The notes below the pieces were generated by a model. The model saw only the letters and a list, made by a program, of their open reading frames with translations. It was not told the DNA's origin and made no database searches. Source: a virus (taxonomy: Duplodnaviria; Caudoviricetes). From it: a DNA stretch of 33,782 nucleotides. How positions within the stretch are numbered: position 1 is the first letter of the stretch; each line of letters starts with the position of its first letter. This document shows positions 1 to 9,268 of the stretch, piece by piece. Both the position numbers and the translations under genes were made by a program. The stretch covers positions 1 through 33,782 of IMG/VR virus record IMGVR_UViG_3300027804_001396; one strand, given 5' to 3'.

Positions 1-1
1 A

Positions 2-1651
2 GAAGCTGGAACAACATATAGTAAACTCTTTGGTAAGAATATTAAATCTTTTTATTTAAATATTCCTGAGTGCTATACTACTGCACTTTGTAATATCCCA
101 GTTACAACTGGCGGTAACTTTACAATCCTTAGTGATATTACTTTAGCTAACTTAAAGAACTCAAGTAGTACTACAAGAGATGAATACTTAACCGCACTAA
201 GAGATTTTGCTTTTGCTGGTGTCCGTTCTGGACTAGCAAGCGGTATAACAACAGTTAAACTTTACGACAATCAAGCACGATTTGCTAAGTCATTCTTACT
301 TAGTGTAGATTACAATGGTTGGGAGAATATCAGTTATAAACGTTTAGAATCATCTGAAGCTGCTAGTAGCTGCTTATTTAAAATCCCAAGTCAAATAATA
401 TACTATAACAAACAAGCTTTAGCTTTTAAATATAATACATCTGCAATTGTAACAACAGCAGCATCAACATGGCCTGAAACTGCCTTTGGATCTTCTGCTG
501 CAACTAACTCTGCTTTTTCTAGTTCTGTTCGATTTACTGGTGCTGGTGATTTAAATTATACAGCAAATGGAAGTAGTTCAGTAACGTCTCCTGGAATGGG
601 TAATGTATTTAAGGCAGATCAATTCTGGGGAAATTGGACATCAACTTGGATTGGAGATGGTGGTAATGCTCATTTCAACGAAGCTGATATTGATTGGGCT
701 GTATCTGGAGTAACTGCTGGAACTACTGAACTTGGATTAAATCTTTATGATGTTTATTTCCAACAACTAGGAAAAACAGGAGATATAACTACTGGTGGTA
801 CGGATACAAGTTTAAATGCTAGTAGTATGTATCCTTGGCCCTATCGTCCTAACTATTGGGAAAAAACAGATCCACTCTTTGATGGATACATTGGAACCCA
901 TCATTTTAATTTTGACAGCAATCGTTTATTCTCTGATGCAAGTTTATTTGTACCAGATCCACGAGATGAGTATGTCTTTAGAGTAGTTATTAAAGACAAT
1001 GTATTTAGTGCTTTTGATGTCATTACTAGTGAATCTATTGCTAGTGCTCTTATATTAGAACACGGTTTTGATGAACATCCAAACGCAAATATAAGAGCTG
1101 TTTTCCAAAATACTAAAGCAGAAATCTATAGAAAAAATAATACACCAAGACAAGTACAAAGAACTAAAACTAGATTAAGTAAAAATGATGTTAAGGTGTT
1201 TATACAAAATGAACACTTTGAATACAGAGAACTGGGAAATACTGCTACTAAGCAATATGTAATTAATCTCTGTATCAGTGTACCTCGATTAAAATCAATT
1301 GGATACGCAAAAGTATACAGAGAACCAATTCCTAGTTATGATCCAGACGGAACAACTAATTTACTTAATGCTACTCAAGATGACGACGCTGATCGTGGTT
1401 CTTGGACTTTCTATCTACATAACGATGCAATCAGTAATATAGATGCAGATGGTATAGAATTTGGTGTAGATGTGGTTAACCTTGGTGGAACTGTTTATTC
1501 ACCTAAATTAGTTGCTGCTGCTGGTCGTAATGAATGTGCCGTTAAGTTTACTAGACTAGGTATTCCTAGTAATATGTGGATTCGTTTATCTGTACTAAAT
1601 ACAGATGGTACTACTTCTTTAGTTTCTGGAACAACAATGCCGTTTAACTAA
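2..1651 (+). CDS. 3' part of a large virion structural protein, probably tail/tail fibre; 5'-truncated by the window
   Basis: The frame of the 596..1651 ORF stays open back to position 2 (EAGTTYSKLFGKNIK...). Composition is Thr/Ser/Gly/Asn/aromatic-rich and it lies just upstream of the lysis and terminase genes. Function is inferred from position only. Confidence 0.5.
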   Translation, partial: EAGTTYSKLFGKNIKSFYLNIPECYTTALCNIPVTTGGNFTILSDITLANLKNSSSTTRDEYLTALRDFAFAGVRSGLASGITTVKLYDNQARFAKSFLLSVDYNGWENISYKRLESSEAASSCLFKIPSQIIYYNKQALAFKYNTSAIVTTAASTWPETAFGSSAATNSAFSSSVRFTGAGDLNYTANGSSSVTSPGMGNVFKADQFWGNWTSTWIGDGGNAHFNEADIDWAVSGVTAGTTELGLNLYDVYFQQLGKTGDITTGGTDTSLNASSMYPWPYRPNYWEKTDPLFDGYIGTHHFNFDSNRLFSDASLFVPDPRDEYVFRVVIKDNVFSAFDVITSESIASALILEHGFDEHPNANIRAVFQNTKAEIYRKNNTPRQVQRTKTRLSKNDVKVFIQNEHFEYRELGNTATKQYVINLCISVPRLKSIGYAKVYREPIPSYDPDGTTNLLNATQDDDADRGSWTFYLHNDAISNIDADGIEFGVDVVNLGGTVYSPKLVAAAGRNECAVKFTRLGIPSNMWIRLSVLNTDGTTSLVSGTTMPFN

Positions 1652-1658
1652 TTAATTA

Positions 1659-1934
1659 ATGGGGATTAATATGGAACAAGAGAAAAAATCTAGTGAATTA
1701 GCCCAGTGGGCTCAATTGGTTGTTTTAGCTGCTGGGGTAGGAGGTTTTTTTATTGACATAGGAAAACGATCTCAGTTAATTGATAAGACGGATAAAGACT
1801 TATCTGAACTAAAGGTTATTGTACAAGATTTAGTAAAAGCTCAGATTCAAATATCATCTAATGATGCAAAGCATGGCGCGATGCTAGATGATTTAAAACA
1901 AAGAGTAATTGAACTCGAAAGGAAGAAACAATGA
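1659..1934 (+). CDS. small membrane protein (one TM plus coiled coil), lysis-cassette associated; start may be 1671
   Basis: Hydrophobic WAQLVVLAAGVGGFFIDIG followed by a heptad-rich C-terminus; its stop overlaps the next start (ATGA). Confidence 0.55.
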   Translation: MGINMEQEKKSSELAQWAQLVVLAAGVGGFFIDIGKRSQLIDKTDKDLSELKVIVQDLVKAQIQISSNDAKHGAMLDDLKQRVIELERKKQ

Positions 1935-2137
1935 ATAATCGTAATACAACTATTGCTGGTATTGGTGCTATCTGCGTTGCTGTAGGTGGCGTACTCACTG
2001 CTATGTTTGACGGCGATCCAGCCACCGCTGCTGACTTTGCTTCAGCCGTAGCCGCTGTGATTGCTGGTATTGGTCTAATTCTGGCTAAGGATGCTAAGAA
2101 TCCAGCCGAAACCCCAGCTCCAGGAACCAATGCTTGA
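1931..2137 (+). CDS. putative holin (two TM segments)
   Basis: 68 aa with hydrophobic segments TTIAGIGAICVAVGGVLTAMF and FASAVAAVIAGIGLILA, a charged tail, and a position between tail and terminase genes. Confidence 0.6.
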   Translation: MNNRNTTIAGIGAICVAVGGVLTAMFDGDPATAADFASAVAAVIAGIGLILAKDAKNPAETPAPGTNA

Positions 2138-2333
2138 TAGAATCATTATGGCAATTGCCCTCGCATTGTTTGAATATCTTTCTAAGAGGGTTGAGCAAGG
2201 CAGAATGGCTGTGGATTCCACTGTGGATATACCTCGTCTTCGCCGCGCTGGTTCTAGGATTGATGAATGGATGCGGCAGCAGAACAGTGTTGGTGCAGGA
2301 GGGAAGCCCAATCAGACTGGGACCCAACTGTAA
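2130..2333 (+). CDS. putative inner-membrane spanin (Rz-like), 67 aa from ATG 2130
   Basis: N-terminal hydrophobic anchor MLDRIIMAIALALFEYL; overlaps the holin end and the lipoprotein ORF in another frame. Confidence 0.45.
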   Translation: MLDRIIMAIALALFEYLSKRVEQGRMAVDSTVDIPRLRRAGSRIDEWMRQQNSVGAGGKPNQTGTQL

Positions 2334-2463
2334 GGTTAGGATCTATACATTACAGAATCAGGAATGGCATTTATCAGCAGCCCCCGTCACCATTCCTGAG
2401 GGTTGGTACTGTGTTCCACCATCTTACGTCAGTGAAATTGCACCACTAATTAAGGAGAATTAA
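2134..2463 (+). CDS. putative outer-membrane lipoprotein spanin (Rz1-like); true start probably downstream of 2134
   Basis: Signal-like WIPLWIYLVFAALVLGLMNG-C lipobox, then a Pro-rich mature part with two more Cys; overlaps the Rz-like ORF. Confidence 0.55.
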   Translation: MIESLWQLPSHCLNIFLRGLSKAEWLWIPLWIYLVFAALVLGLMNGCGSRTVLVQEGSPIRLGPNCKVRIYTLQNQEWHLSAAPVTIPEGWYCVPPSYVSEIAPLIKEN

Positions 2464-2464
2464 T

Positions 2465-2686
2465 ATGAAAGAAAAGTTAAATGACATGCAGGAAAAGCTG
2501 TTAGACTGTCTAATCAGCGACCTAAACGATCCAGACCGCCGTACACCAGGACTTTACACCGTTGTACGCGGTATCCTTAGCGATCACAAGGATAAGGTTA
2601 ATACCATTCCTAATGAGTCAATTGAAGCAGTCGAAGCAGCCATGAAGGATGCCGTCCCATTCAAGATTAAGAAAGCAGCATACTGA
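2465..2686 (+). CDS. terS: terminase small subunit, T7 gp18-like
   Basis: LISDLNDPDRRTPGLYTVVRGILSDHK resembles the gp18 DL..D.KR(S/T)P.LY.....L..HK signature; RBS AAGGAG; coupled to the large subunit. Confidence 0.8.
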   Translation: MKEKLNDMQEKLLDCLISDLNDPDRRTPGLYTVVRGILSDHKDKVNTIPNESIEAVEAAMKDAVPFKIKKAAY

Positions 2687-4350
2687 TGAAAGTTCCCCAA
2701 GAAGTTATTGATGATTTTAGAAACCACTTGTATTTTTGTTTTAAGCATCTTGGCCTTGGGGAACCTACCCAAATTCAGTATGAACTAGCCCGAGAAATTC
2801 AAGAAGGTCCCTCAGATGCCATTATAGCCGCAGGACGTGGTACTGGTAAGTCTACCATTACTGCTTGCCTAGCCAGCTGGGAATGGCTTAAGGACCCTAA
2901 TCTAACCTTCCTGGTACTATCTAATACCCAAGGTAAGGCTATAGACTTCGTATCTCAGGCTAGAAAGATCCTGTCTGTGGTTCCATATTGCAAGTATATG
3001 ATCCCACGAGATGAGGATAAAGACAATGCGCTTGGTTTTAACTTAGCGGTTAGAACCAAGTTTACACAGGATCTAAACTGTGCTGCCAGAGGTATTACAG
3101 GACAGATCACAGGTCTACACGCTGACCGTGTAGTTCTAGACGACATTGAGATTGCGGGTAAGAACGAAACACCAGTAGGTAAAGAAACATTACTTAAGAA
3201 GCTGGCAGAACTGGAATCTATTAGAAATAAAGGCTCTAGAGTTATCTTCCTAGGTACTCCTCACTACCAAGACTCAGTTTACAATGTCCTTAAAGAATCC
3301 TACCCCATGATTAAGTATCCAGCCGAGATGCCAGACACCTCAGTTCCAGCCGAGATTGAGAACGTGGCTTCCTGGGTCCTAGGATTGGATATAGAGCCAG
3401 GGGACGCCACCCAGCCCGAACGGTTCAACAAGGACGAGCTTGCCTCCAGACGGGCTAAAATCGGCCCTAGTCACTACGCCCTGCAATACAAGCTGGTGAC
3501 CTCCCTTGCTGATGCCGATAGGTATCCACTAAAGCTTAGAGATCTAATAGTCATGGATCTAGATCCAGAGATCGGTCCAGATAAGATTGTCTGGCAAGGA
3601 CAGAATCCCCTAAAGGATATGCCTAACTTTGGTATCTCTGGTGATTTAATCTCAGAGCCTATGTACATTAGTAATAATTATCTTAAATACAACCATAGTC
3701 ACCTAAGTATAGACCCTAGTGGCCGAGGAGCTGATGAAACTGGCTTATGTGTATCCTCAGTCCTCAGTGGTACTATATTCATCCATGAACTCCTAGGTAT
3801 CCAAGGTGGCTATGATGATGCTACTTTAAATAAGATTGCTAAGATTGTAAATGAATATCAATTACCCCTAGTCCGTGTAGAGTCTAACTTTGGTGATGGT
3901 TTATTTACCAAAGTATTGATTCCATTCTTAATGAAGAACTGTCCCCACCAAGTTGGGGTAGAGGAGTACAGGGTAACTGGTCAAAAGGAATTAAGAATTA
4001 TATCTACCTTGGAGCCTGTAATGGCTATGCATCGCCTAGTCATGTCACGCAAGGCGGCTAAGGATCAGAATAATCAAATACAACTAACAAGACTTCATAG
4101 AGGTCGGGGGGCTTTGAAGCACGACGATAGGGTGGATGTGCTGTCAGCAGCCGTAGAGTATTATAAATCCCATATGTCTACCGATACCGAAAAGGCTACG
4201 GAAGATTATAAAAAGAAAGAATGGGAAAAAAGAGTTAAGGACTGGGCTAATAACTTTAGAGCCAGTGACTACGCTCCAACTAGTGGTGCTACACGGGTTG
4301 TTGCTACTAATCAAAAACCTAAAAATCGTAAAAGCCAATGGGGCTGGTAA
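2686..4350 (+). CDS. terL: terminase large subunit, T7 gp19-like
   Basis: Walker A AGRGTGKST; GITGQITGLHADRVVLDDIE (gp19-like Walker B region); nuclease motifs IDPSGRGADETG, ESNFGDG and HDDRVD. Confidence 0.95.
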   Translation: MKVPQEVIDDFRNHLYFCFKHLGLGEPTQIQYELAREIQEGPSDAIIAAGRGTGKSTITACLASWEWLKDPNLTFLVLSNTQGKAIDFVSQARKILSVVPYCKYMIPRDEDKDNALGFNLAVRTKFTQDLNCAARGITGQITGLHADRVVLDDIEIAGKNETPVGKETLLKKLAELESIRNKGSRVIFLGTPHYQDSVYNVLKESYPMIKYPAEMPDTSVPAEIENVASWVLGLDIEPGDATQPERFNKDELASRRAKIGPSHYALQYKLVTSLADADRYPLKLRDLIVMDLDPEIGPDKIVWQGQNPLKDMPNFGISGDLISEPMYISNNYLKYNHSHLSIDPSGRGADETGLCVSSVLSGTIFIHELLGIQGGYDDATLNKIAKIVNEYQLPLVRVESNFGDGLFTKVLIPFLMKNCPHQVGVEEYRVTGQKELRIISTLEPVMAMHRLVMSRKAAKDQNNQIQLTRLHRGRGALKHDDRVDVLSAAVEYYKSHMSTDTEKATEDYKKKEWEKRVKDWANNFRASDYAPTSGATRVVATNQKPKNRKSQWGW

Positions 4351-4360
4351 GGAGTAATTC

Positions 4361-5158
4361 ATGGAACCAATGACAATGCTGGCAATTGGGTCGGCTGTAG
4401 CTGGTGGAGTAAGTTCAATCTTTGGTGGTAAAGCTCAAGGTGCTGCCATTAGGCGACAAAACGAGCAAGCAATGCGTGATTGGATACGAGGTAATAGTCA
4501 GATTTCTTTGAATAATGCACGAGATCAATTTCAAAATGCATACGCATTTGCTCAACAACTCAAAAGAAATAATGCAATAGCTCAAGCAGCTTATGGTTAT
4601 CAGTATGACTCTAAAGAAGCACTTAACAATGAAACCTCTTTCCAACAGTCACAACTGTCAAATCAAATAATGCAACAAAAAGCTTCATTACTTAATGCTA
4701 TGTCTGGTCGAGGAGTTTCTTCAAGTAGTGGAATGTATGGAGCACTAGCAACAATGCAGTCCCTAAATAGTTTATCTAATGCTATGCAGTTAGAAAAGAA
4801 CAGAATGGCTCAGATAAAGAATATTAATCAACAAACTCAGAATATGCTTAACCAACAAACAGATAATATATTTATGCCAAATATTGAACTTTACAATGAT
4901 GCTCCTATCTTCGGTGATCCTTCTGCTGCTGAATCTGGTGGAATGATTTCTGGACTATTACAAATAGGAGGAGCACTAGGTGCTGCTGGTTTAGAAGGAA
5001 TGAAGAGTACACCTACAGCTACCACAAGTAAGTCTAATCAATATGGTACAAATTTAAGTAAAGCACCTAGTGGTTATACTTATAATTCAACAGCATCTCA
5101 AACTACATTTCAAAGAACTTCTAGCCCTTCTTCTACTTTAAATTGGTATCGGAGATAA
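4361..5158 (+). CDS. internal virion (ejection) protein, T7 gp14-like
   Basis: N-terminus MEPMTMLAIGSAVAGGVSSIFGG, Gln/Ala/Asn-rich helical body and Gly-rich hydrophobic segment, typical of gp14-like proteins; RBS AAGGAG. Confidence 0.7.
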   Translation: MEPMTMLAIGSAVAGGVSSIFGGKAQGAAIRRQNEQAMRDWIRGNSQISLNNARDQFQNAYAFAQQLKRNNAIAQAAYGYQYDSKEALNNETSFQQSQLSNQIMQQKASLLNAMSGRGVSSSSGMYGALATMQSLNSLSNAMQLEKNRMAQIKNINQQTQNMLNQQTDNIFMPNIELYNDAPIFGDPSAAESGGMISGLLQIGGALGAAGLEGMKSTPTATTSKSNQYGTNLSKAPSGYTYNSTASQTTFQRTSSPSSTLNWYRR

Positions 5159-5161
5159 TTA

Positions 5162-8100
5162 ATGTCTCAAATTAATATACAAAGTTTATTAAATCAACAA
5201 CCAATCGGTCCATCAGTAGCTCCTATCCAACCAACCCCAGAATTTCGCCAATCGCAAATTAGCGGAGGTCAGGTTAAATTAGGACAGGCAGCACAACAAG
5301 TAGGACCATCTAGCGAAGAAGCTATGTATAGTAGCTTAGCACAGATTGCTGGTGGAGTTGAAAGCTCAATCAATATCTTTTCAAAGATTAGTGAAATAGA
5401 AGAAAAAAGAAAAATTTCTAATTTAGAAGTCGAATATGATAAACTAGATCAATCCGACCTTACTCCAGAAGAAAAAAAGGAACAACTAGAGAAACTACTA
5501 AAAGATTCCTGGACTCCAGTAATGGGAGATGGTTGGAAAGAAAAGATTGCTGTAGGTGCAGATAGGCGCTGGTTATCTGAAGAAGGTAGAAACGCTTATG
5601 AAGAAAAACGATATCGACAACGTTTTGTTGAGTTTTTAAATAGACCCGAAAACCTAACTCGTGGTGACACTCCAGAACTAGAAGAAATATTTCAAAAACA
5701 ATATACTTCTCAGTATCCATCTGCAAAGTATAATAACTGGTTTAGAATTAAAACATTTGAAACTGGTTCTAGATTAATTCAGAAAAAAGTACAAGACGCT
5801 GTTTCTTTGTTTCCTTTAAGTGTTAATTCGGCAATACAAGTTCCAAACGAAGAAGAAAGAAAAAAGATTTTGTACGGCAATGATCAACTCAGGGAAAAAT
5901 ATAAAGTTTTCTTTGATCTAGAAGGAATTGCTCGGCTTTCACCTGATACAGAAACATTTGCCAAAAACATTCATGGATACCTTCAAGAAAATCTAATTAA
6001 CAAACTAGATCCAAATACCCCAATTGAAGTTTACCAAGAATTAGCAAGACAACTTCCTGGTTTAGCTCTTCAAAAAGCACAAGAAATTATGGCGGTATCT
6101 TCTGATTTTAGATTATCTGAAACCCAACAAGAAGCAGTTACATCCCTTGAATTAGCAAAGAAAAATCTAGAAACATCCAATGATAAAGTATCTGCTATTA
6201 GATTTTTATTAGATAATACAGCTAGACACTTAAATACACTAGATATACCTAGAGCAGAAAAACGAACTTTTGTTTTTGGTTTAGTTCCTGTAATGACAGA
6301 ACAACTAGATCAGGCAATTACACAAGGAACAGATCAAAACATTGCAAATATGTTCCCAGAGTGGAATAATATGACGGCTGTTGAACGTGTAGATGTTGCT
6401 ATAAAGTTATTTGATGAATGGTTAAATACAGGCAACAATAAACAAGTAGTCTTAGATACTCTAGCATTTACCCCAAAAGAACTAGAGGGATTAGGTAAAA
6501 CCCCTGAAGAAGCAGCAGAAAGACTTGTAATTAATAATGCCAAAACTATGGCATATCTAAGTAAACCAGTACAAGAAAGACTAAATCAAGAAATTGGTAG
6601 AGACTTAGAAGAAATGAGTACTGTTGCTAGAACTTTAGGTGCTTATGCTGATCCAGAAGATATAAATAAAACAGTTGAAACTAGCATTACTAAAACTGCC
6701 GCTAAATTAGGAATTTCTGTAGAAAGTCTACAAAAGTTTTATAGAACCAAGGATGGATGGGTTGAAGATCCTAATGTTAATTCTTGGTTTAAGACTCTTT
6801 CAGTTGAGGAACAAAGACAATTAATTGAAAAGGGATTTAGCCTTAATAACTTTGATGGTGTTTTAAAGTATTTAAATGCTGCAAGAGACTTAGAAATTGC
6901 TAAGTTTAATGAACTAAGAGAAAAAAGATTTACACCTGGTAGTATGTTTGATGTAGATAAAATTACCAAACAAGCAGATAAGTTTTCACCAACAATTACA
7001 CATACTGAAGGAATGGTAAGACCTTCAATTGCTGTAGAAGTTCTATCAGGACGTGCTTCTAATAGCGCTGAAAGTAGAGAATTTATCTTCCTCTTGCATA
7101 GATATAGAACTAGTAGAGATTCTTTAAAAACAAATCCACGTTTATCACCACTTGAAAAAGAAGAGTTAACGGGTTTTGTTTCTAGCGTTGAATCTAGTTT
7201 TCCATTTATGAGTGGATATGCAGATGCGGTGGATAAGGGTATTACTGAAATGATTGCTTCTGTTCCTGCGATGGTTAGACAAATTCCAACACCTTCCGCT
7301 AGTTCTCCAACAGAAGAACGATCTTATATAGAAATAGTACAAGAGTTTAAACAACAATCGGATAGAATCTTAACTGGACAAGATCGTGTTGATGTTGTTG
7401 GTCAACCAGCTAAAATTATTGATGAAGACGGTACATGGACTAAAGAAGCAAGATACAATCTACTGCATGCTGCATTTATGTCTAAGAGAGCTTTTGCTCC
7501 CGATGCTAGAGAAGCAGACAAAAAGCTATTTAACAATACAATTGATATGGCATTAACTAGAATTGCTCAGGGTGGACCAGACTATCTACGTTCTCCAGGT
7601 GGTAAATATGACCTAACATTACTAGCTACTCTAGGAACTACTTTTAAGCAGGAAGCAGCTAGAACTGGAACAACACCACAAATTCATAGAGCAGATTACT
7701 TTGTTCGTAGAGCGGCTATTCTCGGCAATTGGGCAAATTCTACAAACGTAGATCAGATGTTAATTAAACTTAACTCACCAGACTCTAGAGCTTTTATTGA
7801 CGCTAATTTAAGAGTTCCATTAGCATTGTCAGCTTTGGTTAGAGGAGATGTAAATTTAGCTGCATCATATGAACAAACGGGAGCATTTACAAAGGAATTA
7901 GTGTTTAGAGATAAACACGCTATTCGTGTAGCATCAGCATTGGGTGCTCAGATGATTCCTTATGTAGTAGATGACAAACTAAAACTAGAAATACCAGGTG
8001 AAACTATAAATGCTAACAGTGAAAAATGGAGTGCAGAAAAACTACGCAGTAGTTTAGAACTGGCACTTGGTACTCCAGTTTCAATGGATCAATTAGCTAG

Positions 8101-9256
8101 TGAACTTAGTGGATTACTGACTGGTTTTAGTCAATCAGAATTTGAGCAAATGAACTCACATCAAAGAGTAAGAGCTGCTGTTCAAGTAATTAATTCTATT
8201 ACACAAACAAATGAAGGAGCTCTTAGAGATATAGTTGCATTTACCTTTGGTGACTTTGGTTTAAGAAATGATCAAATTCAACCACTAGAAGGTGAAAGTA
8301 AGTTACAACTATTTGTTTCAATGTTAGAGACTGGTTTAGGAATTCAAAATAGATATAACCTTAACATTAATAATGTTGATAAAAAAATTGGAACAACTCC
8401 TACTGTACCATTAGTTATTAATAGAGGAAGTGTTTCTAGAGTTGTAAATGATGTAGTTACTAAAACTAATGTTGTTGAACCTAATATTGTTGTATATGGT
8501 TCTAGTTATGGCACTACATTTAGTGGTGGACCTCTTATGCAAGCCAATAGTAGTGTACATGCAAGCACCATGCCCGCAAAAATCATGGAAAGATTGGAAA
8601 CAACATATCCGCCAGCTAAACTAGTAGATCCTAATACTGGTGCTACTGGAAAAGCAAATGGACTTATGTACACTTTAGGTGCTTTATCATTAGAGGCTAA
8701 GGTTCCTAATGATCTTAGAGCACGATTTAGCGTTGTTGAAGAATGGGCTAAACAACATGGAATTACTAGACCAGAACAATTTATGCTTAAAACATTTAGT
8801 GTAAATACACCAGGTATAGCTTCTCCATCTGCACCAAGTGCTGCAAGAGCAGCCTTACAAAAAGTCTTAACTAAAGAAGATCTATCTCTAAAACAAATGT
8901 TAGAAGAACTAAATGAAGCATATTTAGCTGGTGGTGGACAAACTCCTCTATTCAATCCTACATCATACGATCCTAAAAAAGAAGGTTTTGCCGAATTAGT
9001 GCAAAACAGAACAACCTTTACTAGCAGAGAATCTAAACTACCAACATTCCAATGGTCTAATAGAAGTCCATCTGGTTTACCTTTTATTAAACTAACAGAT
9101 GCTTATTATTATAATGAAGCCGCAGGAGGGGAAAGATTAGAAGCTAGATTTCTTGGTATTGAAAACTATATTACAAAACTAAGAGAAGATATTTCAGCCA
9201 AACCTGATGGCATGGGGTATACACCAACTAAATTCTTATTTGAGAAAGTATTTTAA
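5162..9256 (+). CDS. large internal virion protein (gp15-like position), 1364 aa
   Basis: Follows the gp14-like gene; Gln/Pro-rich N-terminus then a helical body, no Cys. Assigned by synteny only. Confidence 0.55.
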   Translation: MSQINIQSLLNQQPIGPSVAPIQPTPEFRQSQISGGQVKLGQAAQQVGPSSEEAMYSSLAQIAGGVESSINIFSKISEIEEKRKISNLEVEYDKLDQSDLTPEEKKEQLEKLLKDSWTPVMGDGWKEKIAVGADRRWLSEEGRNAYEEKRYRQRFVEFLNRPENLTRGDTPELEEIFQKQYTSQYPSAKYNNWFRIKTFETGSRLIQKKVQDAVSLFPLSVNSAIQVPNEEERKKILYGNDQLREKYKVFFDLEGIARLSPDTETFAKNIHGYLQENLINKLDPNTPIEVYQELARQLPGLALQKAQEIMAVSSDFRLSETQQEAVTSLELAKKNLETSNDKVSAIRFLLDNTARHLNTLDIPRAEKRTFVFGLVPVMTEQLDQAITQGTDQNIANMFPEWNNMTAVERVDVAIKLFDEWLNTGNNKQVVLDTLAFTPKELEGLGKTPEEAAERLVINNAKTMAYLSKPVQERLNQEIGRDLEEMSTVARTLGAYADPEDINKTVETSITKTAAKLGISVESLQKFYRTKDGWVEDPNVNSWFKTLSVEEQRQLIEKGFSLNNFDGVLKYLNAARDLEIAKFNELREKRFTPGSMFDVDKITKQADKFSPTITHTEGMVRPSIAVEVLSGRASNSAESREFIFLLHRYRTSRDSLKTNPRLSPLEKEELTGFVSSVESSFPFMSGYADAVDKGITEMIASVPAMVRQIPTPSASSPTEERSYIEIVQEFKQQSDRILTGQDRVDVVGQPAKIIDEDGTWTKEARYNLLHAAFMSKRAFAPDAREADKKLFNNTIDMALTRIAQGGPDYLRSPGGKYDLTLLATLGTTFKQEAARTGTTPQIHRADYFVRRAAILGNWANSTNVDQMLIKLNSPDSRAFIDANLRVPLALSALVRGDVNLAASYEQTGAFTKELVFRDKHAIRVASALGAQMIPYVVDDKLKLEIPGETINANSEKWSAEKLRSSLELALGTPVSMDQLASELSGLLTGFSQSEFEQMNSHQRVRAAVQVINSITQTNEGALRDIVAFTFGDFGLRNDQIQPLEGESKLQLFVSMLETGLGIQNRYNLNINNVDKKIGTTPTVPLVINRGSVSRVVNDVVTKTNVVEPNIVVYGSSYGTTFSGGPLMQANSSVHASTMPAKIMERLETTYPPAKLVDPNTGATGKANGLMYTLGALSLEAKVPNDLRARFSVVEEWAKQHGITRPEQFMLKTFSVNTPGIASPSAPSAARAALQKVLTKEDLSLKQMLEELNEAYLAGGGQTPLFNPTSYDPKKEGFAELVQNRTTFTSRESKLPTFQWSNRSPSGLPFIKLTDAYYYNEAAGGERLEARFLGIENYITKLREDISAKPDGMGYTPTKFLFEKVF

Positions 9257-9268
9257 AAGGATTAATAC

